64,000 nt of DNA from Bacteroidia bacterium. GTDB taxonomy: Bacteria > Bacteroidota > Bacteroidia > DATLTG01. Location: positions 925-64,924 of the forward strand of contig JBDTAC010000068.1 in the NCBI GenBank assembly GCA_039924845.1. The letters run 5' to 3'. This document shows positions 39,570 through 47,503 of the stretch, piece by piece. The translations under genes and the position numbers were made by a program. Position 1 is the first letter of the stretch; each line of letters starts with the position of its first letter. Under the pieces are notes generated by a model. That model did no database searches. It was not told the origin of the DNA and was given only the letters and a program-made list of their open reading frames with translations.

Positions 39570-41414
39570 ATGGAAAACGAACAAATAATAAAGCAGCCTA
39601 TGGCTGTGGAAAACGAACAAACAATAGAACAGCCTGCGGCTGTGGAGGAGCAGATACGAGAGATAGGTGTAAGAGCCAAAGTTCAAAGAGTAGCAATTCC
39701 TGAAAAGGAAAACTTGAATGAATTTTATCAAAAATATGCCAGCGATGGAATTGCTAAACTCATTGCCTTGCCGCCACAGTTAAGAGTAGTGAATGAATAT
39801 AAATTGGTTTTAAGCAGGACGGAAAACGATTACAATGTATTGGGCGCGTTAGGTCAAGACTTGGGCAGTATGCAAATAACCTTGATGGTAGAAGAAAAAA
39901 AACACGGCAGAAAAGAAAGAGTAAAAATAGATTTATACGAGCGGCAACACCTCCTGCAATTTGCAGCACAAATCGCAGAACTGTTTCATCAAAACACTGC
40001 AGGCATAGAAAACGATTTAATCCTGCTGACGGATTTACTCGAAACTTTTCGAGAAAAACAAACAGAACAGGCACAGCCTGTTTTTAATAATAAAAGAAAT
40101 TACGCAGCCCTATTACCCGAAACAAAAAAAAATTGCGTAGCATTTTTGTCAAACAAAAATTTGATGCAAAACATAGACAAGCTGATTGAACAATCAGGCG
40201 TGGTAGGAGAAGAAAATAGTCGCAGACTTTTATTTGTTGTTGCTTCTACTTACAAGATGAAAGAAACACTTCATGTATTGGTTCAAGGAAACAGCGGAAG
40301 CGGAAAAAGTCATTTGATAAATACGATAGGACAATGCCTGCCGCAAGAAGATGTACTCAGTATGACACGAGTAACAAGTAAATCCTTTTACCATTACAAC
40401 AAAGAAGAACTGATGGATAAAGTTATCCTACTTCAAGATTATGATTCATTAGAAGAAGAAGCTGGATATGCTTTCAGAGAATTACAAAGCGCAGGAACGA
40501 TTCATTGTTCCACCACACAAAAGGATCGCACAGGAGCGATAGTATCAACGATGAAAACAGTCAAGAGCCATTTTGCTTCTTTGATAGCTACCACCCAAGC
40601 AGAAATGCACTACGATACCATGAACCGTTCTGTTATGATAGGCATAGACGAAAGCCAAGAACAAACAAAAAAAATAATGGAGTATCAACACAAAAAATTA
40701 GCAGGACACATAGACAGCAAAGAAGAAGAAAAAGCGAAATTTTTTTTACAAAATTGTATCAGAGCATTACAGCCGATGGAAGTTGTGAATCCGTATTCAG
40801 ATAAAATACAAATTCCGCTACAAGCTAAAACTATGCGAAGGCTACATACTCAGTACCAAGTTTTCATAAAACAAATCACGCTGTTGCATCAATACCAACG
40901 CAAGAAAGACGAACAAGGTAGATTAATCACTGAGGAACAAGACATAGAAATCGCGAGCCGAATTTTCTTTGATGCTATAATGATGAAAATAGATGACTTG
41001 GATTCTTCTCTCAGACATTTTTTTGATGAACTGAAAAACTATGTTACAACTATCAATAAAGAGAAACAGGCACAGGCACAGCCTGTTCTTTTATCCGAAC
41101 CAACAAAAAGCGAAAACGCGAATCAAACCGATAAAATAAATAGTCAGCCGCACAGCGGCATAGTCTTTACGCAAAGAGAAATTAGGCTTGCATTAAACCT
41201 AAGTAAAACACAATGCTTTCGGCAAATGGAAGAACTGGAAAAATTGGAATACGTGCAGAGAATAGGCGGTTATGCCAACAGAGGTTTTCAATACAAAATA
41301 ACCTATTGGGACGATATGAAAACCGAGAAAGAAAGAATTAAAAGCGCATTCTGCGCTTTTGGTGGTTCTTGGCGTTCCAAAGAGCTTGGAACGCCACCTC
41401 TTATGCAGCACTGA
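39570..41414 (+). CDS. P-loop NTPase, putative replication/mobilisation protein of the integrative element (primase-associated helicase-like / VirE-like)
   Basis: Walker A VQGNSGSGKSHL; Walker B-like VILLQDYDSLEE; C-terminal winged-helix-like region; N-terminal direct peptide repeat ENEQ(I/T)IEQP. Confidence 0.55.
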   Translation: MENEQIIKQPMAVENEQTIEQPAAVEEQIREIGVRAKVQRVAIPEKENLNEFYQKYASDGIAKLIALPPQLRVVNEYKLVLSRTENDYNVLGALGQDLGSMQITLMVEEKKHGRKERVKIDLYERQHLLQFAAQIAELFHQNTAGIENDLILLTDLLETFREKQTEQAQPVFNNKRNYAALLPETKKNCVAFLSNKNLMQNIDKLIEQSGVVGEENSRRLLFVVASTYKMKETLHVLVQGNSGSGKSHLINTIGQCLPQEDVLSMTRVTSKSFYHYNKEELMDKVILLQDYDSLEEEAGYAFRELQSAGTIHCSTTQKDRTGAIVSTMKTVKSHFASLIATTQAEMHYDTMNRSVMIGIDESQEQTKKIMEYQHKKLAGHIDSKEEEKAKFFLQNCIRALQPMEVVNPYSDKIQIPLQAKTMRRLHTQYQVFIKQITLLHQYQRKKDEQGRLITEEQDIEIASRIFFDAIMMKIDDLDSSLRHFFDELKNYVTTINKEKQAQAQPVLLSEPTKSENANQTDKINSQPHSGIVFTQREIRLALNLSKTQCFRQMEELEKLEYVQRIGGYANRGFQYKITYWDDMKTEKERIKSAFCAFGGSWRSKELGTPPLMQH

Positions 41415-41577
41415 GAAAAGCTCTTGGCGTTCCATAATTCCAAGAGTACATAGTTTACAGCAAGAATTAAAAATTAATTGAAAATGGATAATGGAGAATT
41501 GAAAATGAAAAAACACGAAACAAAAACACCGAACAAAAATTCTGCATTCTTAATTCTGAATCCTTAATTTAATAAAA

Positions 41578-42501
41578 ATGAAAAGCCTACCACTCTACAA
41601 CAAACAATACGAACAGTATTATCAAGATTTTGCAAAAGCATTGCAAACAAAAGGCTATGCTAAATCAGAAATGTATGCAGTAAGCGCACGTGAATTTTTA
41701 TTCTTTTTGGAAAGCAAAACTATTACAGACGTAAAACAGGTTAAAGCAAGCGATGTGATAGCATATTATGAATACTTAGGAGAAAGACCAAATAAACGCA
41801 GATTAGGCGGCTTGAGCAATTCAATGATAAGAGGACAGCTTTTTGCCCTACGCCTCTTTTTTGATTATTTGACGGATGTGGGTATCATAGAAGGTTCTCC
41901 TGCACGTTTACCAAAATTCAGTATCGGTAAAAATGGAGAAAGAGAAATGCTGAGTGTAGAAGAAACAAAAGAATTGTATCAGGCAACAAAAACAAAAAGA
42001 GAAAAAGCGATTCTATCGCTGGCTTATGGATGTGGATTGCGAAGAACAGAAATACAAAATTTGAATACGTCCGATGTACAATTGAGCAAAGGACTTTTAT
42101 TAGTTAGAGATGGAAAGAATCACAGAAGCAGAACTGTTCCACTTTCGGATAGTGTACTACAATCACTTCGAGAATATTTGATTTACGAAAGAGAACAATA
42201 CATCAACAGAAGACAAAAACACATCGAATCCTCTTTTATTTTAAACAATTCAGGATTAAGAATGCAAGGAGACAACTTGTACAAAGATTTGAAAGAAATT
42301 CTAAAAAGAACAACAATAAAAAAAGAAATCTGTTTGCACTCTCTACGTCATAGCATCGCTACTCACTTGCTTGACAAAGGAGCAGATATTGAATTTGTAA
42401 AGAATTTTTTGGGGCATCAAAGTATTGATACTTCACACATTTATTCCAAGCGCAGAAAGCAACAACTAAATTTTAAAATAGCGATTCACAGAAACAGCTA
42501 A
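41578..42501 (+). CDS. tyrosine site-specific recombinase (phage integrase/XerCD family)
   Basis: N-terminal SAM-like core-binding domain; catalytic residues R (GLRRTE), HxxR (HSLRHSIATHLL) and Y (SHIYSKR). Confidence 0.85.
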   Translation: MKSLPLYNKQYEQYYQDFAKALQTKGYAKSEMYAVSAREFLFFLESKTITDVKQVKASDVIAYYEYLGERPNKRRLGGLSNSMIRGQLFALRLFFDYLTDVGIIEGSPARLPKFSIGKNGEREMLSVEETKELYQATKTKREKAILSLAYGCGLRRTEIQNLNTSDVQLSKGLLLVRDGKNHRSRTVPLSDSVLQSLREYLIYEREQYINRRQKHIESSFILNNSGLRMQGDNLYKDLKEILKRTTIKKEICLHSLRHSIATHLLDKGADIEFVKNFLGHQSIDTSHIYSKRRKQQLNFKIAIHRNS

Positions 42502-42553
42502 TTGAAAATGGAGAATTGATAATTGAAAATTACAAATTGAAAAAGCGAAACAA

Positions 42554-43411
42554 ATGAAAACACTTGAAAATTATTTACACGAACAGCACCACACGGCACA
42601 AACGATTAAGAGTTATCTCTATACGGTTTCCGTCTTCCTCAGCTCACATCCGAAAGCCGATGAATACAAACATCAAGACATACTTAACTACATGAGCGAT
42701 GTTAGAAAATTCTATCCCGATACATATACTTCCAATACAGTACTTGCAGGTATAAAAAAGTATTATGATTATTTAATTGAAATCGGAAAAAGAAATTTTC
42801 ATCCGTGTAAAACGCTGTATTTAAAAAGCAAAAGAACAAGAGATATAATTCATCAAGATTTATTTTCAAGCAAAGAATTAGAAATACTGATGGAAAGAGA
42901 AGAGCGTTATGCTGACAACAAACTCAGAAATCAAACAATTGTATCCTTGCTGATTTATCAAGGACTAAGTGTTTCAGAAATTATACACTTAAAAACAGAA
43001 CACATCAATTTAGAAAATGGAATAATTTTTATCAAAGAAAGTAAGCAGCATTCTCAAAGGCATTTAGAGATTCATCCGAAACAATTTAATTTGCTTTACC
43101 GATTAATACACGAAGTAAAAAGAGAAGCACAGGTACAAACAGTACTCACAGGAAGCACAGGAAAACCGCTAAACAACGAACATTTCAATTATTTAATCTT
43201 TACCTATAAACCGCTTTTTCCTGATAGAAATTTAAACACAAAAACGATTCGTCAAAGTGTTATTGCTAACTGGCTCAACGAGAAAAAAATACCACTCGAA
43301 CAAGTTCAATTATTGGCAGGGCATCGCTGGACTTCTTCTACCGAACGATACAAACAAAATAATCTCAACGAACAAAGAACGCTTATCAATAAATGGTTTC
43401 CGTTAAATTAA
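42554..43411 (+). CDS. tyrosine site-specific recombinase (second, divergent paralogue)
   Basis: Integrase catalytic-domain pattern (LSVSEI ... R, HxxR-like GHRWTSSTERY). Its 3' 110-180 bp is repeated at 38293 and 46541. Confidence 0.8.
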   Translation: MKTLENYLHEQHHTAQTIKSYLYTVSVFLSSHPKADEYKHQDILNYMSDVRKFYPDTYTSNTVLAGIKKYYDYLIEIGKRNFHPCKTLYLKSKRTRDIIHQDLFSSKELEILMEREERYADNKLRNQTIVSLLIYQGLSVSEIIHLKTEHINLENGIIFIKESKQHSQRHLEIHPKQFNLLYRLIHEVKREAQVQTVLTGSTGKPLNNEHFNYLIFTYKPLFPDRNLNTKTIRQSVIANWLNEKKIPLEQVQLLAGHRWTSSTERYKQNNLNEQRTLINKWFPLN

Positions 43412-43420
43412 ATTTTACTT

Positions 43421-44347
43421 TTGTACTATGAATTAATTTTATTTCAAATGAAGGAGACACATTATTTAGCAGTTGAAACATCTAATATTACTGAGGATTG
43501 GGCTGATTTTTTAAATCAAAACAGGCTTACTAAATTAAATAAACACCCACAAACGATAGAGTTTGATATGCTTAATGTAAGATTTATTAAACCACATCAC
43601 GTTGTGTCATTAGCTTGTTTGATTGAAGAATATCATTTAAAAAAAATTGAAATTAGTTTCAAAAACACAAGTTCTAAAGGAGCGAAGTATTTGGAAAAAC
43701 TTAATTTTTTTCAATATTGGGAAGAAGGATTTAACAGAAAAGACTATAGACAAACACAAATAGGAACTGCATTTTGCCTTTGGAAATTACATCCTGAAAT
43801 GATAAGCCCTTATACTTCTATGTCGACAAATTATTATCGGAATCATTTTTTTAGCGGTAAAGATTTACAGCCGTTGGATACGGCTTTGGTAGAAATATTT
43901 AACAACATTATTGACCACGCACAATCAGAAGTGAGCGGATATGTTTTCACACAATATTATCCGAACAAAAACGAAATAGTATTGTCGATGTGTGATTTTG
44001 GTAAAGGAATTCCAAACACAATCAACACGTTTTTAAAACAAGAAGGGAAAGAACCTTTGACAGATGACGAAGCTTTGGAGAAAGCCTTCGAAAAAGGATT
44101 TTCCACAAAATCTACTCCACAGAACAGAGGTTTCGGGCTTAACAATGTTATCTCAGCTGTTAAAACGCTAAAAAGTGGTTTGACAATTACTTCAAATCAC
44201 GGATTTGTGGAACAAAATAGTACTTACTTTCGTAAAAGAGCCATCGCTAATAATTTTCCAGGTACTCAGATTGTAATTAAACTGAAAACAGAGAATCTAA
44301 GACCTCTTGAAACAGAAGAGATTTCCGAACAAGAATTTTATTTGTAA
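43421..44347 (+). CDS. GHKL-superfamily (histidine-kinase-like) ATPase with uncharacterised N-terminal domain
   Basis: N box NNIIDHA; G1 box DFGKGI; G2 box GFGLNN; no HisKA/DHp domain. Confidence 0.65.
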   Translation: MYYELILFQMKETHYLAVETSNITEDWADFLNQNRLTKLNKHPQTIEFDMLNVRFIKPHHVVSLACLIEEYHLKKIEISFKNTSSKGAKYLEKLNFFQYWEEGFNRKDYRQTQIGTAFCLWKLHPEMISPYTSMSTNYYRNHFFSGKDLQPLDTALVEIFNNIIDHAQSEVSGYVFTQYYPNKNEIVLSMCDFGKGIPNTINTFLKQEGKEPLTDDEALEKAFEKGFSTKSTPQNRGFGLNNVISAVKTLKSGLTITSNHGFVEQNSTYFRKRAIANNFPGTQIVIKLKTENLRPLETEEISEQEFYL

Positions 44348-44369
44348 CTTTGCAAAATATATATGCCCC

Positions 44370-44672
44370 ATGAACACTAAGACTGTAGTAATAAACCTGA
44401 TGGATACTGTTGCTGGTACAGCTACCACAACGGAGGGACTTGCTTTATACTTAGCGATGAGTAAAGCGATGGACACAGGCAAAAATGTAAAATTATCGCT
44501 AAAAGATTGCACTCCGTTATCGTCATCATTTCTTAATTCGACTTTCGGAGAATTGTATGACAGATACGGCTATGACAAGATTAAAGAACGTGTAGTCCTT
44601 ATAAATTATTTCCCATCTCACGCGATGGCAATTAAAAAATACCTGCAAGATTTGAATAATCTTGTTAGCTGA
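44370..44672 (+). CDS. STAS-like (DUF4325-type) small protein, partner of the upstream GHKL ATPase
   Basis: About 100 aa (MNTKTVVINLMDTVAGTATTTEGLALYLAMSKAMDTGKNVKLSLKDCTPLSSSFLNSTFGELY...). ATG 23 nt after the upstream stop; the track ORF uses an upstream TTG. Confidence 0.6.
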   Translation: MNTKTVVINLMDTVAGTATTTEGLALYLAMSKAMDTGKNVKLSLKDCTPLSSSFLNSTFGELYDRYGYDKIKERVVLINYFPSHAMAIKKYLQDLNNLVS

Positions 44673-44692
44673 TTTCTTGATTAAAATTGTTT

Positions 44693-44730
44693 AAAATCCA
44701 TTCTCAAAAGGAATGGATTTTTTATTTTTC
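44693..44730 (+). terminator. rho-independent terminator-like hairpin within the duplicated cassette leader
   Basis: AAAATCCATTC-TCAAAAG-GAATGGATTTT followed by TTATTTTTC; an identical element lies at 47430-47467. Confidence 0.7.
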
Positions 44731-44766
44731 ATGCAATTTATTTTGTATTTTTATCGAAAGAAAAAA

Positions 44767-45738
44767 ATGAAAAATACTTTTTCCATTTCAGTTAGTTTTT
44801 TTGAAACCTATACAGGAAGATTTAGTTTCGGCTTCAACGGAAAAGAAAAAGATAACGAGCTATACGGAACTGGAAACGCCTACGATTACGGCATGAGGAT
44901 GTACGATGCGAGATTGGGTAGGTTTATGAGTGTTGACCCTTTGACGGCAAAATATCCGATGCTAACACCTTTCCAATTTTCAAGTAATACGCCTATTGCA
45001 GGGATTGATAGAGATGGGCTAGAGTTTTATTATAAACCAAATGGACAATTTATAAAACGAATCGGTAAAAGTCAGCAAGTTTTTACAGCGGACGATGTAG
45101 AAGTTCAAAAGACTAAAACAGCTACAGTTTTCGTTCCAATAAATCCACGATCATTAAATATCAATCACTCTGAATTTATCAAATTTGCAGGTACTGCATA
45201 TGGAGAAAGTTCTGTCGGTGATAAAGTTTATAACAAAAAAGAAGTATGGGGAATAGCAAGTGCGATGTTGAATTATAAAAAAATTAGCGGGAAATCTGTT
45301 ATTGCTTACGCTTCAAGTAATCCAAACGCTCAGTTTAAAATATTTAGCAATACTTCAGACAAAGCAAGAAATGGAACATTTCAGCAAACTGCTATTGCTG
45401 GTGCAATTAATGCTTTGACAGATGGTGTAGATTACTCAAATGGTGGAACAAACTGGGCAGGAAATGACATTGCTAGCCCTAAAGAAAAATGGGCTGAAGG
45501 GTTACGTTTTTCCTCTCAAGCAGATAATTTATTTGGTTTAAAAAACAATGCTAAACCTGGCGTGGGATATTTTTTTAATAAAGCGGGAAAAGAAACTGGC
45601 ATACGAGGCACCTATGATTATAAATGGGAAACTACTGCTGCGTATGGAGGAATAGGAATAGGAGGTAAAACTTACGGAACTACATTTATGAAAGTTACAG
45701 ATGAATATAAAAAAGCAACAGGAGCGAAAGGGAATTAG
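44767..45738 (+). CDS. orphan RHS C-terminal cassette with uncharacterised toxin domain
   Basis: MKNTFSISVSFFETYTGRFSFGFNGKEKDNELYGTGNAYDYGMRMYDARLGRFMSVDPL...IAGIDRDGLE is the RHS core end with a DPxGL-type boundary. The following 240 aa are novel. The track ORF start at 44713 adds a leader-encoded artefact. Confidence 0.65.
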   Translation: MKNTFSISVSFFETYTGRFSFGFNGKEKDNELYGTGNAYDYGMRMYDARLGRFMSVDPLTAKYPMLTPFQFSSNTPIAGIDRDGLEFYYKPNGQFIKRIGKSQQVFTADDVEVQKTKTATVFVPINPRSLNINHSEFIKFAGTAYGESSVGDKVYNKKEVWGIASAMLNYKKISGKSVIAYASSNPNAQFKIFSNTSDKARNGTFQQTAIAGAINALTDGVDYSNGGTNWAGNDIASPKEKWAEGLRFSSQADNLFGLKNNAKPGVGYFFNKAGKETGIRGTYDYKWETTAAYGGIGIGGKTYGTTFMKVTDEYKKATGAKGN

Positions 45739-46264
45739 TACTTCATTTTGTTTTTTACTAATTGCCTTGCTTTTAAATTTGCCTTGTTTAGGACAAAAAA
45801 TTAGTATAAAAGATATTTCGAGCGAATTTCTTATGGGCTCCTCGATTGAGGATTCCTCATTGGATGTGTTTACTCGCCCCGACTCAATCCAATTTAGTTT
45901 ATCGTATAATCATATTTATAATACGAGTAAAGGGAAAACAGATTATTTTATCGTTAATCAGGATTCGTTATTTATCAACGTTGGACTTATTTACGACAAA
46001 GGATTAATGTTTGTTTATCAAGGAATATATAACAGCGACACAGTACGAAACAGTAACGTTAATTTTGTTTTATTCAAATCCCAATTAGAAGGATGCAATA
46101 GTGGTTTATGTGAGTTTAATTATTATTATTTAATAGAATTAGATGATGAACAAAAAGTTTCAAATTCGATTGAATACCTTTCAAAAGATGATAATATAAA
46201 AGACATTGTGGTAATTATGGATAATATCATCTTTACAAAAGGAATTTGTAACTGGGACAAGTAG
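45701..46264 (+). CDS. putative immunity protein (secreted)
   Basis: 187 aa with signal-like FCFLLIALLLNLPCLG; follows cassette 3. Start uncertain: it overlaps the toxin end by 38 nt. Confidence 0.4.
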   Translation: MNIKKQQERKGISTSFCFLLIALLLNLPCLGQKISIKDISSEFLMGSSIEDSSLDVFTRPDSIQFSLSYNHIYNTSKGKTDYFIVNQDSLFINVGLIYDKGLMFVYQGIYNSDTVRNSNVNFVLFKSQLEGCNSGLCEFNYYYLIELDDEQKVSNSIEYLSKDDNIKDIVVIMDNIIFTKGICNWDK

Positions 46265-46540
46265 GTAGTGTTGGTAGTGTTCCAATTTGCACCTGAGCTT
46301 TTTAATTCATAAAATAATTTTTCAAACGAAAAAAAAGTTTTCAAAAAATAATTTTCTGAACGAAAAAAAAGAGTTTGCAAAAAAAAGTTTTTGAAAACCA
46401 TTTCAGCCGTATCAGGGATAGCGTAGCCAAGAGGGGAAGCAGAGCAATGGACCATTCAGCCCCACCTAAATCCTCCCCAAAGGAGAGGACTTAAAAGAAA
46501 AAAAAATTGGAAATGATTTTGCCGATTGGAATTTCAAATT

Positions 46541-46719
46541 GCTAACCGAAAACAATTCCACAAAGTGTTATTGCTAATTGGCTGAACGAGAAAAAAATAT
46601 TCTTAGAACAGGTTCAATTATTAGCAGGTCATCGCTGGACTTCTTCTACCGAACGCTACAAACAAAATAATTTAAACGAACAAAGAACGCTTATCAATAA
46701 ATGGTTTCCGTTAAATTAA
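46541..46719 (+). pseudogene. second decayed copy of the tyrosine recombinase 3' end, retaining the stop codon
   Basis: About 180 bp is about 90% identical to 43235-43411 (…SVIANWLNEKKIFLEQVQLLAGHRWTSSTERYKQNNLNEQRTLINKWFPLN*) with no upstream gene body. Confidence 0.7.
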
Positions 46720-46786
46720 AAAAATGAAAAATTGTAAAATGGAATGAAATTTTCGATATTTTTGTAATAGTTAAAAGACAGTAAGT

Positions 46787-47233
46787 ATGCGTGTATATAT
46801 TGACACATCGGTTATAGGAGGATATTTTGATGAAGAATTTGAAGAATGGACAATCAAGTTATTTAAGGAGTTTGAAAAGCGAACGAAAATTCCTGTGGTT
46901 TCTGATTTAACTATTCAAGAACTCGAAAATGCACCAAAGCATATTATGACATTTTTTGAATCAATAAAAACGGAACGAATTTTGTTAGATACTGAGAGCA
47001 TACAATTAGCGAGGAATTATATTAAGGAGAAAGCAATAACAGCTAAATCCTTTAACGATGCATTACATATTGCAACAGCAACAGTTAATCGTTTGGATGT
47101 TCTTGTTAGCTGGAATTTTAAGCATATTGTAAACTTGGATAGAATTAGGCTGTATAACGCTGTAAATTTAAAAAATGGTTATCCATTAATGGAGATAAGA
47201 ACTCCAAGAGAAATTTTAACTAAAAATGAATAA
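46787..47233 (+). CDS. PIN-domain protein (VapC-like ribonuclease toxin)
   Basis: MRVYIDTSVIGG with acidic residues at the conserved PIN positions (D6; E/D in the ELE region; DALHIATA). Confidence 0.75.
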   Translation: MRVYIDTSVIGGYFDEEFEEWTIKLFKEFEKRTKIPVVSDLTIQELENAPKHIMTFFESIKTERILLDTESIQLARNYIKEKAITAKSFNDALHIATATVNRLDVLVSWNFKHIVNLDRIRLYNAVNLKNGYPLMEIRTPREILTKNE

Positions 47234-47398
47234 GAAAATGAAAACGGGAAAGAAAAAATTTGATGCTGTGCAAATGACACGGGACATCAGAAACAAAATG
47301 GGTGAAAAGTACTATCAAAGCATAGACCTTTTATTGAAGGATATGGAGAAGGTGCGAAAAAAATATAAAATTACGTCTAAGACACAAAAAGCTGCTTA
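47228..47398 (+). CDS. small basic ORF (56 aa) overlapping the PIN gene stop; possible partner/antitoxin
   Basis: ATGA overlap with the PIN stop codon; MNKKMKTGKKKFDAVQMTRDIRNKMGEKYYQSIDLLLKDMEKVRKKYKITSKTQKAA. Below the ORF-track length cut-off. Confidence 0.35.
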
Positions 47399-47429
47399 GT
47401 ACTATATTTATTCTTGATTAAAATTGTTT

Positions 47430-47467
47430 AAAATCCATTCTCAAAAGGAATGGATTTTTTATTTTTA
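47430..47467 (+). terminator. rho-independent terminator-like hairpin (duplicate of 44693-44730)
   Basis: AAAATCCATTC-TCAAAAG-GAATGGATTTTTTATTTTT. Confidence 0.7.
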
Positions 47468-47503
47468 ATACAACTTTTTTTGTATTTTTATCAAAAGAAA
47501 AAA

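Noticed and set aside
41372-41450. Inverted repeats GGCGTTCCAAAGAGCTTGGAACGCC / CTCTTGGCGTTCCATAATTCCAAGAG at the end of the P-loop gene as a possible att site
   Set aside because: Overlapping short palindromes, partly inside the coding region, with no second copy found in the window. A terminator is the simpler explanation. Noted, but too weak to call.
44713-47503. N-terminal extensions MDFLFFMQFILYFYRKKK / MDFLFLIQLFLYFYQKKK on the cassette ORFs in the track
   Set aside because: They are encoded by the duplicated leader, including the terminator T-run. The conserved MKN... start matching cassette 1 is the plausible initiation site.
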